A stretch of DNA of 64,000 nucleotides, from contig JAXLWU010000001.1 in NCBI GenBank assembly GCA_046328335.1, positions 474,586-538,585 of the forward strand. Direction: 5' to 3'. Every line of letters starts with the position of its first letter. Position 1 is the first letter of the stretch. The notes below the pieces were generated by a model. That model was given only the letters and a program-made list of their open reading frames with translations. It did no database searches and was not told the DNA's origin. This DNA comes from Thermomicrobiales bacterium. GTDB taxonomy: Bacteria; Chloroflexota; Chloroflexia; Thermomicrobiales; UBA6265. The position numbers were made by a program, and so were the translations under genes. Shown piece by piece: positions 37,996-46,176 of this stretch.

Positions 37996-38760
37996 ATGAC
38001 CGTTCGTGTCGGGATTGCCGGGATTCGCGGCCGGATGGGGAAGGAGATCGCCGCCGCCGCGACCGCTGATCCCAGTGTAGCGCTGGTGGGGGGACTGGTT
38101 CGCCGCCTGGACGGCGGTACGGGCGAGCCGTTGCTGGTAGTCGATGATCCCGGGGCGATTCTGCCGGAGATCGACGTGCTGATCGATTTCACGCGGCCTG
38201 AGGGAACGGAGGCGCTGGCCGGCGTCTGTGCGGAGGCTGGAGTTCCCCTGGTGTGTGGCACGACGGGGCTGGACGAGAACCAGACATCCGCCTTGCGGGC
38301 GGCGGCGGCGCGCGTGCCGGTCTTCTACGCTGCGAACATGAGTCCGGGCGTGAATGCGGTCCTGGCGGTCCTACCGTTGTTGACCCGCGCCCTCGACGGC
38401 TACGACATCGAGATCGTCGAAACCCATCACCGTTACAAGGCGGACGCGCCGTCCGGCACGGCGCTGGCGCTGGGGAGAGCGATCACAGGCGACGCGGCCG
38501 CGCTCGAGCGCCGCGCGATCCACGGCCGAGAGGGAGTCCGGCCGCGAACTGCCGCGGAAATCGGGATGCATGCCGTGCGCGGCGGCGGGAATCCCGGTGA
38601 GCACGCGGTGATCTTTGTCAACGATGGTGAGGAGGTGCGAGTGTTGCACCGTGCCTTCAGCCGTGCGGCCTACGCCCAGGGCGCGGTCCGGGCGGCGCGG
38701 TTGATTGCCGGGCAGGAACCGGGTTTCTACGGACCGACCACTTTGCCCGGCTTCCTGTAG
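37996..38760 (+). CDS. dapB: 4-hydroxy-tetrahydrodipicolinate reductase
   Basis: MTVRVGIAGIRGRMG (NAD(P)-binding), DFTRPEG, CGTTG, EIVETHHRYKADAPSGTA. Confidence 0.9.
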   Translation: MTVRVGIAGIRGRMGKEIAAAATADPSVALVGGLVRRLDGGTGEPLLVVDDPGAILPEIDVLIDFTRPEGTEALAGVCAEAGVPLVCGTTGLDENQTSALRAAAARVPVFYAANMSPGVNAVLAVLPLLTRALDGYDIEIVETHHRYKADAPSGTALALGRAITGDAAALERRAIHGREGVRPRTAAEIGMHAVRGGGNPGEHAVIFVNDGEEVRVLHRAFSRAAYAQGAVRAARLIAGQEPGFYGPTTLPGFL

Positions 38761-38889
38761 GAACCGTCGAGGTCGCCGCGTCACGACCAATCTCCATTCG
38801 CCGGACTACCTGCTACCATGCTGGCGATGCCACGCCCGCGGGAGGGTGCCGCGTGGCTCTATGTTGTCAGGTGAAAGAGAGGTTGGTTC

Positions 38890-39951
38890 ATGGTGCGTCA
38901 ACTGGCTTCCGTCAATCTGCGGCGGCGGCCGCTGCTCGCCGCGCTGGCCGTGGCGCCGTTTGCTGGCATGCTGAGCCGGGTGCCTCCGGTCGGCGCCCAG
39001 GATGCCCCGGTCGTCACGATGGTGACAGACACCCAAGGTATCGGTGACCAGAGTTTCAACGACCTCGCCAAACGCGGACTCGACCGCGCGGTCGAGGAAC
39101 TTGGGGTCAAGGGCGAGGTGATCGAGAGCCGCGACGCGGCTGCCTATATACCGAACTTGACGCAGTCGGCAGAGCAAAGCGATCTGACGATCGGCGTCGG
39201 TTTCCTCCTGACCGAGGCGATTACCGAGATCGCCAATCAATATCCCGATGACAAGTTCCTGCTGATCGATTCCGTATCCGACGCGCCGAACGTCCAGTCG
39301 GTTACCTTCCGCGAGCAGGAAGGCGCCTTCCTCGCCGGCGTCGTCGCCGCCAAGATGACCAAGAGCAACAAACTCGGGGTGGTTGGCGGCATCAAGATCC
39401 CGCCCGTGGTGCGCTACGTGGTTGGATTCGAGGCCGGCGCCAAGTCGGTCAATCCCGATGTCGACGTGGTCGTCGCCTATGCCGATAACTTTGACGATCC
39501 GGCGCTTGGCAAGGAACTGACGCTCGCCCAGTACAACCAGGGCGTCGATATTGTCTTCCCGGTCGCCGGCAAGACGGGCATTGGCTCGTTCGACGCGGCG
39601 AAGGAGAAGGGCGCTGGCTACTGGGTGATCGCCGCCGACACCGACCAGAGCCAACTCGGCGCCGAGTACCAACTCGCCGTCTCGGAGAAGGGGGTCGACA
39701 CCGCCGTCTTCCTGGCCTCGCAGGAAGTGGTCGAGGGGACCTTCAAGGGCGGCCAGACCTCGCTCGGTCTCAAGGAGGAGGGCGTCGGGCTGGGATCGCC
39801 GAATGCGGCGATCCCGCAGGAGGTCCTCGATCTGGCCGCAGCCTACGAGCAGGCGATCATCGACGGCAAGATCGAAGTGCCCGCGGACGAAGACCAATTG
39901 GCAGCCTTCCAGCCGGTCGAGGCAGCGACGGTCCAGGCGACGCCGAGCTGA
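38890..39951 (+). CDS. BMP-family (PnrA/Med-like) ABC substrate-binding protein, probably nucleoside
   Basis: Signal-like N-terminus RRRPLLAALAVAPFAG. DTQGIGDQSFND, GVVGGIKIPPV, VDIVFPVAG blocks. Confidence 0.85.
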   Translation: MVRQLASVNLRRRPLLAALAVAPFAGMLSRVPPVGAQDAPVVTMVTDTQGIGDQSFNDLAKRGLDRAVEELGVKGEVIESRDAAAYIPNLTQSAEQSDLTIGVGFLLTEAITEIANQYPDDKFLLIDSVSDAPNVQSVTFREQEGAFLAGVVAAKMTKSNKLGVVGGIKIPPVVRYVVGFEAGAKSVNPDVDVVVAYADNFDDPALGKELTLAQYNQGVDIVFPVAGKTGIGSFDAAKEKGAGYWVIAADTDQSQLGAEYQLAVSEKGVDTAVFLASQEVVEGTFKGGQTSLGLKEEGVGLGSPNAAIPQEVLDLAAAYEQAIIDGKIEVPADEDQLAAFQPVEAATVQATPS

Positions 39952-40106
39952 TCCGGCGCCAGCGCGTGCCATGGCGATGATGCCGACAAACCGCTTCTGC
40001 GCGATGACTCGATCTCAGCCTCCCGCTCGGATAGATGGGCGGGAGGCTCGATTCAATGTGCTTATTCCGATTGCGGATAGTCACTGCCGTTGGCACGTGG
40101 CGAGCA

Positions 40107-40213
40107 CCCTCACCCCAACCCCTCTCCTGTCGAGCCATGACAAGGGGAGGGATCGTGGTCTCGCCGTGCGAACCCTCACCCCAACCCCTCTCCCGTCGAG
40201 CCGGGAGAGGGGC
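40107..40213 (+). repeat. Two tandem family-A repeats (A6 at 40107-40151, A7 at 40173-40213)
   Basis: Both begin CCCTCACCCCAACCCCTCTCC. They lie between the SBP stop and the ATPase start. The 5' flank CGGATAGTCACTGCCGTT recurs at 53211. Confidence 0.85.
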
Positions 40214-40421
40214 TTGTGGCCGCCTGGCGGCCGTCCCGAGGCCAGGCGAACCCCTGTCTCCGGTCGTCGTACCTCCCCCGGTGAGCCGTCGCGCCGGGAG
40301 AAGGACTCGGCGCGGGACGACCCGCAGTCAATGCGTAAGGTTTCAAACGCATTCCGTATAGCTCCATGGCCACGCGCTCGATTGTTCCAGGTGCATTTCC
40401 AGCGACGGGACGGGGCTGGTT

Positions 40422-41975
40422 GTGGTCGCAGCTAGCCTGACGCCCGCTCCGCCCGCGGTCGAGATGCGCGGAATCGTGAAGCGATTCCCCGGCGTCGTCG
40501 CCAATGACGGCATCGAACTCTCCGTGCGCAAGGGGGAGATTCACGCCCTGTTGGGCGAGAACGGCGCGGGCAAATCGACGCTGATGAATATCCTCTTCGG
40601 GTTGTATCACCCGGACGAAGGGGAGATTCGCGTCGACGGCCAGCCGGTCCGGTTCGCGAACGCGCGGGACGCGGTGCGCGCCGGGCTGGCGATGGTGCAT
40701 CAGCACTTCATGCTGATCCCCCGCTTCACCGTCACCGAGAACGTCATCCTCGGTTCCGAAGGCGACCAGATCGTGCTCGACCGCGTCGACGCGGCCAAGC
40801 GGGTCGCCGCACTGGGTGAGCGCTATGGGCTGGTGGTCGATCCCCACGCCACCGTGGCGACGCTGCCAGTCGGGATGCAGCAGCGAGTGGAGATCGTGCG
40901 CGCCCTCTACCAGGGAGGCACGACCCTCATCCTGGACGAGCCCACCGCGCTGCTTACCCCGCAGGAAGTCGACGAACTGTATGTGGTGCTCAATCGGCTG
41001 CGGGAAAGCGGCGACACGATCATTTTCATTACCCACAAGTTACGCGAAGTCGCGGCCATCAGCGACCGCGTGACCGTTATCCGACGTGGGCGCACCATCG
41101 GCACCCGCGAAACAGCGGACACGACATCCGCCGAACTGGCGGAGATGATGGTCGGGCGCGCGGTTTCGCTTCGCGTCGAGCGGCCGCTGGCGCATCCGGG
41201 CGAACCGGTGCTCGTTGCGAGAGACCTCGTAGCCAGTGGCAAGGGGGGGCAGCACGCCGTCGATGGCATCAGTCTCGAGGTGCGGCGGGGAGAGATCCTC
41301 GGCATCTGCGGGGTGGAGGGCAATGGCCAGGCGGAATTGATCGAGATCCTCTCCGGGTTGCGGAAGCCCGATCGGGGCACCGTCCACCTGAAAGGAAACG
41401 ATGTCACCGCCACCGGTCCGAACCCTCGCCGCCGGCTCGGCCTGTCGTACATTCCGGAGGATCGCCACGGGCGCGGCCTGGTGCTTCCCTTTTCGCTGAC
41501 AGAGAACGTGTTGCTGGGGAATGCCTCGGCAGCGCCATTCAGTCGCGGCGGCCGCATCGACTATGGTGCGACGCGAGCATTGACCGAGCGCCTGATGCGG
41601 ACCTTCGACGTGCGCGCGCCGCTGCCGGAGACGCCGGCGGGTGCGCTGTCCGGGGGCAATCAGCAGAAACTGATCATCGCCCGCGAGTTGCACCGGGAAC
41701 CGGATGCGCTCCTTGCGGTGCAACCGACGCGAGGTCTCGATGTCGGGGCCATCGAGTTCGTGCACAAGCAACTGGTGGCGGAGCGGGACAAGGGCCGGGG
41801 CGTCCTCCTGATCTCCTTCGATCTGGACGAAGTGATCGATCTGAGCGACCGGATCCTGGTTATCTACGGGGGACGGATCGTCGGGGAGTTCCTGAGCAGA
41901 CAGGTGACCCGGACCGAACTGGGCCTGCTGATGGGAGGCAGAACGCTGGATGAGCACGCTCCCGCGGCCGACTGA
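40422..41975 (+). CDS. ABC transporter ATP-binding protein, duplicated ATPase (RbsA/NupO-like)
   Basis: Two cassettes: GENGAGKSTL...LILDEPTA and GVEGNGQ...LSGGNQQK...LLAVQPTRGLD. Confidence 0.9.
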   Translation: MVAASLTPAPPAVEMRGIVKRFPGVVANDGIELSVRKGEIHALLGENGAGKSTLMNILFGLYHPDEGEIRVDGQPVRFANARDAVRAGLAMVHQHFMLIPRFTVTENVILGSEGDQIVLDRVDAAKRVAALGERYGLVVDPHATVATLPVGMQQRVEIVRALYQGGTTLILDEPTALLTPQEVDELYVVLNRLRESGDTIIFITHKLREVAAISDRVTVIRRGRTIGTRETADTTSAELAEMMVGRAVSLRVERPLAHPGEPVLVARDLVASGKGGQHAVDGISLEVRRGEILGICGVEGNGQAELIEILSGLRKPDRGTVHLKGNDVTATGPNPRRRLGLSYIPEDRHGRGLVLPFSLTENVLLGNASAAPFSRGGRIDYGATRALTERLMRTFDVRAPLPETPAGALSGGNQQKLIIARELHREPDALLAVQPTRGLDVGAIEFVHKQLVAERDKGRGVLLISFDLDEVIDLSDRILVIYGGRIVGEFLSRQVTRTELGLLMGGRTLDEHAPAAD

Positions 41976-43122
41976 GGGCCTGCAAACCTCGCCCGGGGCG
42001 CGGTTGCTGGCCGCGCTGCCGACGGTGCTGTCGTCGCTGTTGGCGGTCGCCGTCGCCTTGCTGATCGGCGGCGTCGTCATCGCCTTGTCCGGCGACAACC
42101 CGATCCCCGCTTACCAGGCGCTCTTCGCGGGGGCGTTCGGCGGGGAACGCGCGATCGCGGAAACGATGGTGATGGCCACCCCGCTCATCCTCGGCGGTCT
42201 GGCATTCGCCGTCGCCTCGCGCGCGGGGCTCTTCAACATCGGCATCGAAGGGCAGATGGTTCTCGGCGGGATGGCCGCGGGCCTGACGGCAGCCTGGGAC
42301 CCTGGCCTGCCTGCCCTGGTTCATATCCCGCTGGTGTTGCTCGCGGGCGTGGCGGCTGGTGGCCTGTGGGGGTTCATTCCCGGCCTGCTCAAGGCCAGAA
42401 CGGGCGCGCACGAAGTGATCACCACGATCATGCTCAACTATCTCGCCTACCGGATCAGCACGGTGGTGATCGGGCAGGAGCACTTCCCGCTGGTGAATCC
42501 TGCCCTGCAGGCGACGCAACCGGCCGTGGCTGCCGCGCGGTTGCCGAAACTGTTGGAGGGGACCCGGTTGCACGCTGGTTTCCTCGTCGCGTTGGCCGCG
42601 GTGGTCGTGATCTGGATTGTCCTGTACCGGACCGTGTTCGGCTACCAGATCCGGACCGTAGGATCGAGCCGCGGCGCGGCCGCGTATGCCGGAATCTCGT
42701 GGGGCCGGACGATCGCCCTGGCGATGCTGCTCAGCGGTCTGCTCGGGGGTCTCGCGGGGGCGATCGAGGCGATCGGCCTACAGGGGCGCTATTACAACGT
42801 ACCGCTCGGTCTCGGCTTCACCTCGATCGCGGTTGGGCTCGTCGGGCGGAACCAGCCAGGGGGCGTGCTCCTCTCCGGATTGCTGTTCGGGGCGCTCGCG
42901 GCCGGTGCTACCAAGATGCAGAACACCGCCGGCATCTCCCGCGATATCGTCTATGTCCTACTCGGGTTCGTGATTCTTTCCGTTTCGGCGCTAGCCGTGG
43001 CGCAGCAATTCCAGCAATCGCGCCGGCAGGCGGCGCGGGCACGTGGCCTGACGCGCGACCGCGCGGCGGACGAGGCGGGCGATCCCCTGGTCGAGCAGCA
43101 AGCGCCGCCGCGAACGATCTGA
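41950..43122 (+). CDS. ABC transporter permease (BPD_transp_2, nucleoside/simple-sugar type)
   Basis: Polytopic. FNIGIEGQM motif. Overlaps the ATPase stop. Charged C-terminal extension. Confidence 0.85.
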   Translation: MSTLPRPTEGLQTSPGARLLAALPTVLSSLLAVAVALLIGGVVIALSGDNPIPAYQALFAGAFGGERAIAETMVMATPLILGGLAFAVASRAGLFNIGIEGQMVLGGMAAGLTAAWDPGLPALVHIPLVLLAGVAAGGLWGFIPGLLKARTGAHEVITTIMLNYLAYRISTVVIGQEHFPLVNPALQATQPAVAAARLPKLLEGTRLHAGFLVALAAVVVIWIVLYRTVFGYQIRTVGSSRGAAAYAGISWGRTIALAMLLSGLLGGLAGAIEAIGLQGRYYNVPLGLGFTSIAVGLVGRNQPGGVLLSGLLFGALAAGATKMQNTAGISRDIVYVLLGFVILSVSALAVAQQFQQSRRQAARARGLTRDRAADEAGDPLVEQQAPPRTI

Positions 43123-43222
43123 TGGAAATGGGATTTCAACTGGCGTCGATTGGTGGATTGGCCGTGCTGCGATGGGTGGCGTTTCGGGGCAGTTTCCGCC
43201 GCGAACCGGGAGCGGACCAGAC

Positions 43223-44110
43223 ATGAACGAACTCCTTGGGTTCTTCTCGCTGGCCTTGCTCACCGCGACGCTCCGTTCAGCGGCGCCCCTGGTCTTCGCG
43301 GCGATGGGTGGGTTGCTCTCGGAGCGCTCGGGGGTAACCAACATCGCCCTCGAAGGCTTCATGCTCATGGGCGCGTTTGCCGCCGTGGCCGGGACATGGT
43401 TCTCGGGCAGTCCATGGATCGGGCTCCTCGTTGCCGTGCTCTCGGGGTTGGTGGGCGGGTTGCTCTTCGCCGTCTGGTCTGTCACGTTCCGGGCCGATCA
43501 GATCGTGGCCGGCACGGCAATCGTGCTCCTTGGCCTGGGGTTGACATCGTTCCTGACGGAGCAGGTCTGGGGACAGGCGGGTGGTTCACCGCCCGTGGAG
43601 CGCCTCCCGGCGTTCGCGGGGATGAACGTCCTGCTCCCGGTAGCGTTCCTGCTGGTGCCGATCACCAACTGGTTTCTCTTCAAGACGAAGGCCGGGTTGC
43701 GGGTGATGGCCTGTGGCGAGCATCCCAGCGCGGCGGAAGCGGTCGGCATCAATGTCGCCCGCTATCGCTACGCGATGGTGACCGCCTCCGCCGTGCTGGC
43801 GGCGCTGGGCGGCGCCTATCTCTCGATCGGCGATCTCTCCCAATTCACCACGAACATGACGGCGGGCAGAGGGTTCATCGCGCTGGCGGCGGTGATCTTC
43901 GGGAACTGGATGCCGTGGGCGACGCTGGGGGCGGCGCTGCTGTTCGGATTTGCCCAGGCCTTGCGCTTCCAGGTGCAGGCGCTCGACCTCCCGATTTCGC
44001 AGGACGTGATCATCGCGTTGCCGTACATCCTGACGCTGATTGCGGTGACCGGGCTGCTGCGGCAGTCGAACCCGCCCGCGGGATTGGGTCGGCACGCTTC
44101 GGAGCACTGA
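43223..44110 (+). CDS. ABC transporter permease (second BPD_transp_2 subunit)
   Basis: MNELLGFFSLALLTATLRSAAPLVFAAMGGLLSERSGVTNIALEG. ATG at 43223 chosen over the listed 43172. Confidence 0.85.
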   Translation: MNELLGFFSLALLTATLRSAAPLVFAAMGGLLSERSGVTNIALEGFMLMGAFAAVAGTWFSGSPWIGLLVAVLSGLVGGLLFAVWSVTFRADQIVAGTAIVLLGLGLTSFLTEQVWGQAGGSPPVERLPAFAGMNVLLPVAFLLVPITNWFLFKTKAGLRVMACGEHPSAAEAVGINVARYRYAMVTASAVLAALGGAYLSIGDLSQFTTNMTAGRGFIALAAVIFGNWMPWATLGAALLFGFAQALRFQVQALDLPISQDVIIALPYILTLIAVTGLLRQSNPPAGLGRHASEH

Positions 44111-44180
44111 TCCTCGTTATGCGGACGGCACCTGTCTGGTCCGGCGGTGCCGCCAGCGGCTAGCGCGGCATGCAGAGGCC

Positions 44181-44265
44181 GTGTCCTTCCGACACCGGAG
44201 TAATCTCGTCGTCCCTCGTGCCACGGGCCGAACGACGAGGTCCCTCGTTCCTCGGGACGACATCA
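44181..44265 (+). repeat. Family-B repeat, copy B3
   Basis: GTGTCCTTCCGACACCGGAGTAATCTCGTCG...CGAGGTCCCTCGTTCCTCGGGACGACATCAC. Confidence 0.65.
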
Positions 44266-44556
44266 CGCACGCGCGGCGCTGCAATGACCACCCGCTGTCC
44301 CACAAAACCCCCAACGCATGGGAGGCATGGCTACGTTCGACTCGGTGCAGAACGTCGATGCGCACCGCATCCCGGATTTACTTCTTGTGCCCTCAACCGA
44401 GGGACGTATGCAGAGTGGAACCGGGAATCGCGCTGTTCATAATCTCCACGTGCCGTTGCGGTGATTGACTGAGAAATCCGCAGTTCTTGCCGATGTCAGA
44501 GCGGAGGGCGGGTGCGACCATCGACCAGGATCGCTCGTTTCCGCGTGACTGGATGC

Positions 44557-44799
44557 ATGATGAAACTGACCTTGCCGAAGCCGCTCGCTGCTGCCTTCGC
44601 GATCGGCGTGATCTGGGTGCTCGTTTTTCAATGCCGCCCGACCGACGCCCTCGCGGTCGCCGCCCCCTCGCCAAATGTGGGGCGCCCGATGATTCCCGAT
44701 GCCATCGACCGATGTCCGGTGGCCGAGGAGTCGATCGCGAATCACCCCGCTCCAGATGCCGCGAATCGCGAAAACTGTGACAGCAGGTCCAATCCATGA
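44557..44799 (+). CDS. Possible small exported protein (80 aa)
   Basis: MMKLTLPKPLAAAFAIGVIWVLVF is signal-like. No clear SD and no family recognised. Lies in a lower-GC segment bracketed by B repeats. Confidence 0.25.
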   Translation: MMKLTLPKPLAAAFAIGVIWVLVFQCRPTDALAVAAPSPNVGRPMIPDAIDRCPVAEESIANHPAPDAANRENCDSRSNP

Positions 44800-44889
44800 A
44801 TTGGGTGGCTGGAACGCTGGTTGTGGATGACGTGTGTCACCACACGGTCGTGCAGAAATTGTGGCGTTCAGATCAAGAGCACGGTTGCT

Positions 44890-44968
44890 GTTCCCTCGAT
44901 GGAGGGTACTGGCCCGGTAATCATCTCCCACGAACGACGAGATTCCTCGCCGCGGCTCGGAACGACAC
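44890..44968 (-). repeat. Family-B repeat, copy B4 (inverted orientation)
   Basis: The reverse complement reads GGTTGTGTCGTTCCGAGCCGCGGCGAGGAATCTCGTCGTTCG...CCCTCCATCGAGGGAAC. Confidence 0.65.
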
Positions 44969-45120
44969 AACCTGATGAATACCGTGGCAGATTGTGGCGA
45001 GCGCCCTCTCCAATCTCCTTGTTCAACCTTCTCCTGGACTGGGACTGGAGCAATGAACAGGGCAGACGCACTCGGGATGCTCACCAATGCGATGCGGCTC
45101 GTTCGGTTCCAGGAATGACA

Positions 45121-45146
45121 CGAACCCGGCCGGGCGGCCGGGTTCG
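45121..45146 (-). terminator. Hairpin downstream of the TerC gene (possible terminator, no U-tract)
   Basis: Perfect 11-bp stem CGAACCCGGCC/GGCCGGGTTCG with a 4-nt loop, about 90 nt past the stop at 45237. Confidence 0.35.
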
Positions 45147-45236
45147 TGCGGGAAGGGGAGGGTGGAGCGTGTGCGGCGCTCCACGGGCTCTGGGCGAGAG
45201 CACCGTAACGTGCTGGGGCGATGCTCTCCGCTTCTC

Positions 45237-46028
45237 TTACGTCCGATTCCCCGACCCGGATTCATCCCGTTGCCGCGCCGGCACCGCCGCGCCCGACTCC
45301 GACGCAACCGTGGCGGTAACCAATCGCTTGGGGGCCGCGACCGCGGCGGTCGATGCGGGCGGGGTCGCTTCATCCGCCTTGCCACGCTCCATGCGGCGGG
45401 CGAGCAGCGCGAACACGCTCGTGATGAGCAGGGAAATCGCGAGTTCCTGCCATGTCGTGGTGTGAATTTCGCGGGCGACGATCGGATCGTGGGCGATCAT
45501 CGCCACCGCGGCGTGAATCAGCACGAAGACGCCGACATAGAGAAAGCCCGGAAATCGGCCGATGAGGCGCGCCACCAGTTCGCTACCGAAGAGAATGATC
45601 GGGATCGAGAGGAGCAGCCCGAACATCATCAACCCGAGGTGGCCCTTGGCCGCGCCGCCGACGGCGAGAATGTTGTCGAGACTCATCACCACGTCGGCAA
45701 GGATGATGGTGCGGACGGCTTGGCCCAGCGAGTCAGCTTCCTGCACGCTCCCATGGTCGTGGCCTTGCGGCCGGATCAGTTTGTAGGCGATGTAGAACAG
45801 CAATACACCGCCAGCCGCCTGGAGACCCTGAATGCCGAGCATGACAGTGGCAAGGGCGGTGAAGACGATCCGGAGGCCGATCGCGCCAGCGCCACCCATG
45901 ATGATCGCCTTGCGGCGATTCTCCGGGGAGAGATTGCGCGCGGCCATGCCGATGACGACCGCATTGTCGCCCGAGAGTACGAGATCGATAACGATGATGC
46001 TGAGAATTGCGGTAAGAGCTTCAACCAC
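45237..46028 (-). CDS. TerC/YjbE-family integral membrane protein
   Basis: DLVLSGDNAVVIG and VVMSLDNILAVGG duplicated TerC motifs. GTG start with GGAGGA upstream. Confidence 0.88.
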   Translation of the reverse strand: MVEALTAILSIIVIDLVLSGDNAVVIGMAARNLSPENRRKAIIMGGAGAIGLRIVFTALATVMLGIQGLQAAGGVLLFYIAYKLIRPQGHDHGSVQEADSLGQAVRTIILADVVMSLDNILAVGGAAKGHLGLMMFGLLLSIPIILFGSELVARLIGRFPGFLYVGVFVLIHAAVAMIAHDPIVAREIHTTTWQELAISLLITSVFALLARRMERGKADEATPPASTAAVAAPKRLVTATVASESGAAVPARQRDESGSGNRT

Positions 46029-46176
46029 GCGTTGCGAGATTCCTCCGTGGAGCGCCGAACGAGCGGGCTCGTGAGCGAGCGACGTGTCCTGTTAGCCAGC
46101 GTACCACGCACACCCAAGGCCGCCGCCCGGAAGCGGACCAGTACGAACTGACGTGAATTCGCAGGAATGCGGGAAC

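Noticed and set aside
38806-42098. Minus-strand ORFs 38806-39972, 40176-41036 and 41040-42098
   Set aside because: They are shadows of the BMP binding-protein and ABC ATPase genes. No motifs were seen.
44393-45465. ORFs 44437-45087 (-), 44393-44797 (-) and 44821-45465 (+) in the 1.1-kb gap before TerC
   Set aside because: They have no motifs and atypical composition, and they run through family-B repeats. I treated them as non-coding, apart from a low-confidence 80-aa signal-peptide ORF.
46029-46176. Possible yybP-ykoY (Mn2+) riboswitch upstream of the TerC-family gene
   Set aside because: TerC genes often carry one. However, I could not find the conserved GGGGAGUAG / ...GACAUA... / AGCAAGACC-type cores in the 150-nt leader. 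Only a cmsearch with RF00080 could settle it.
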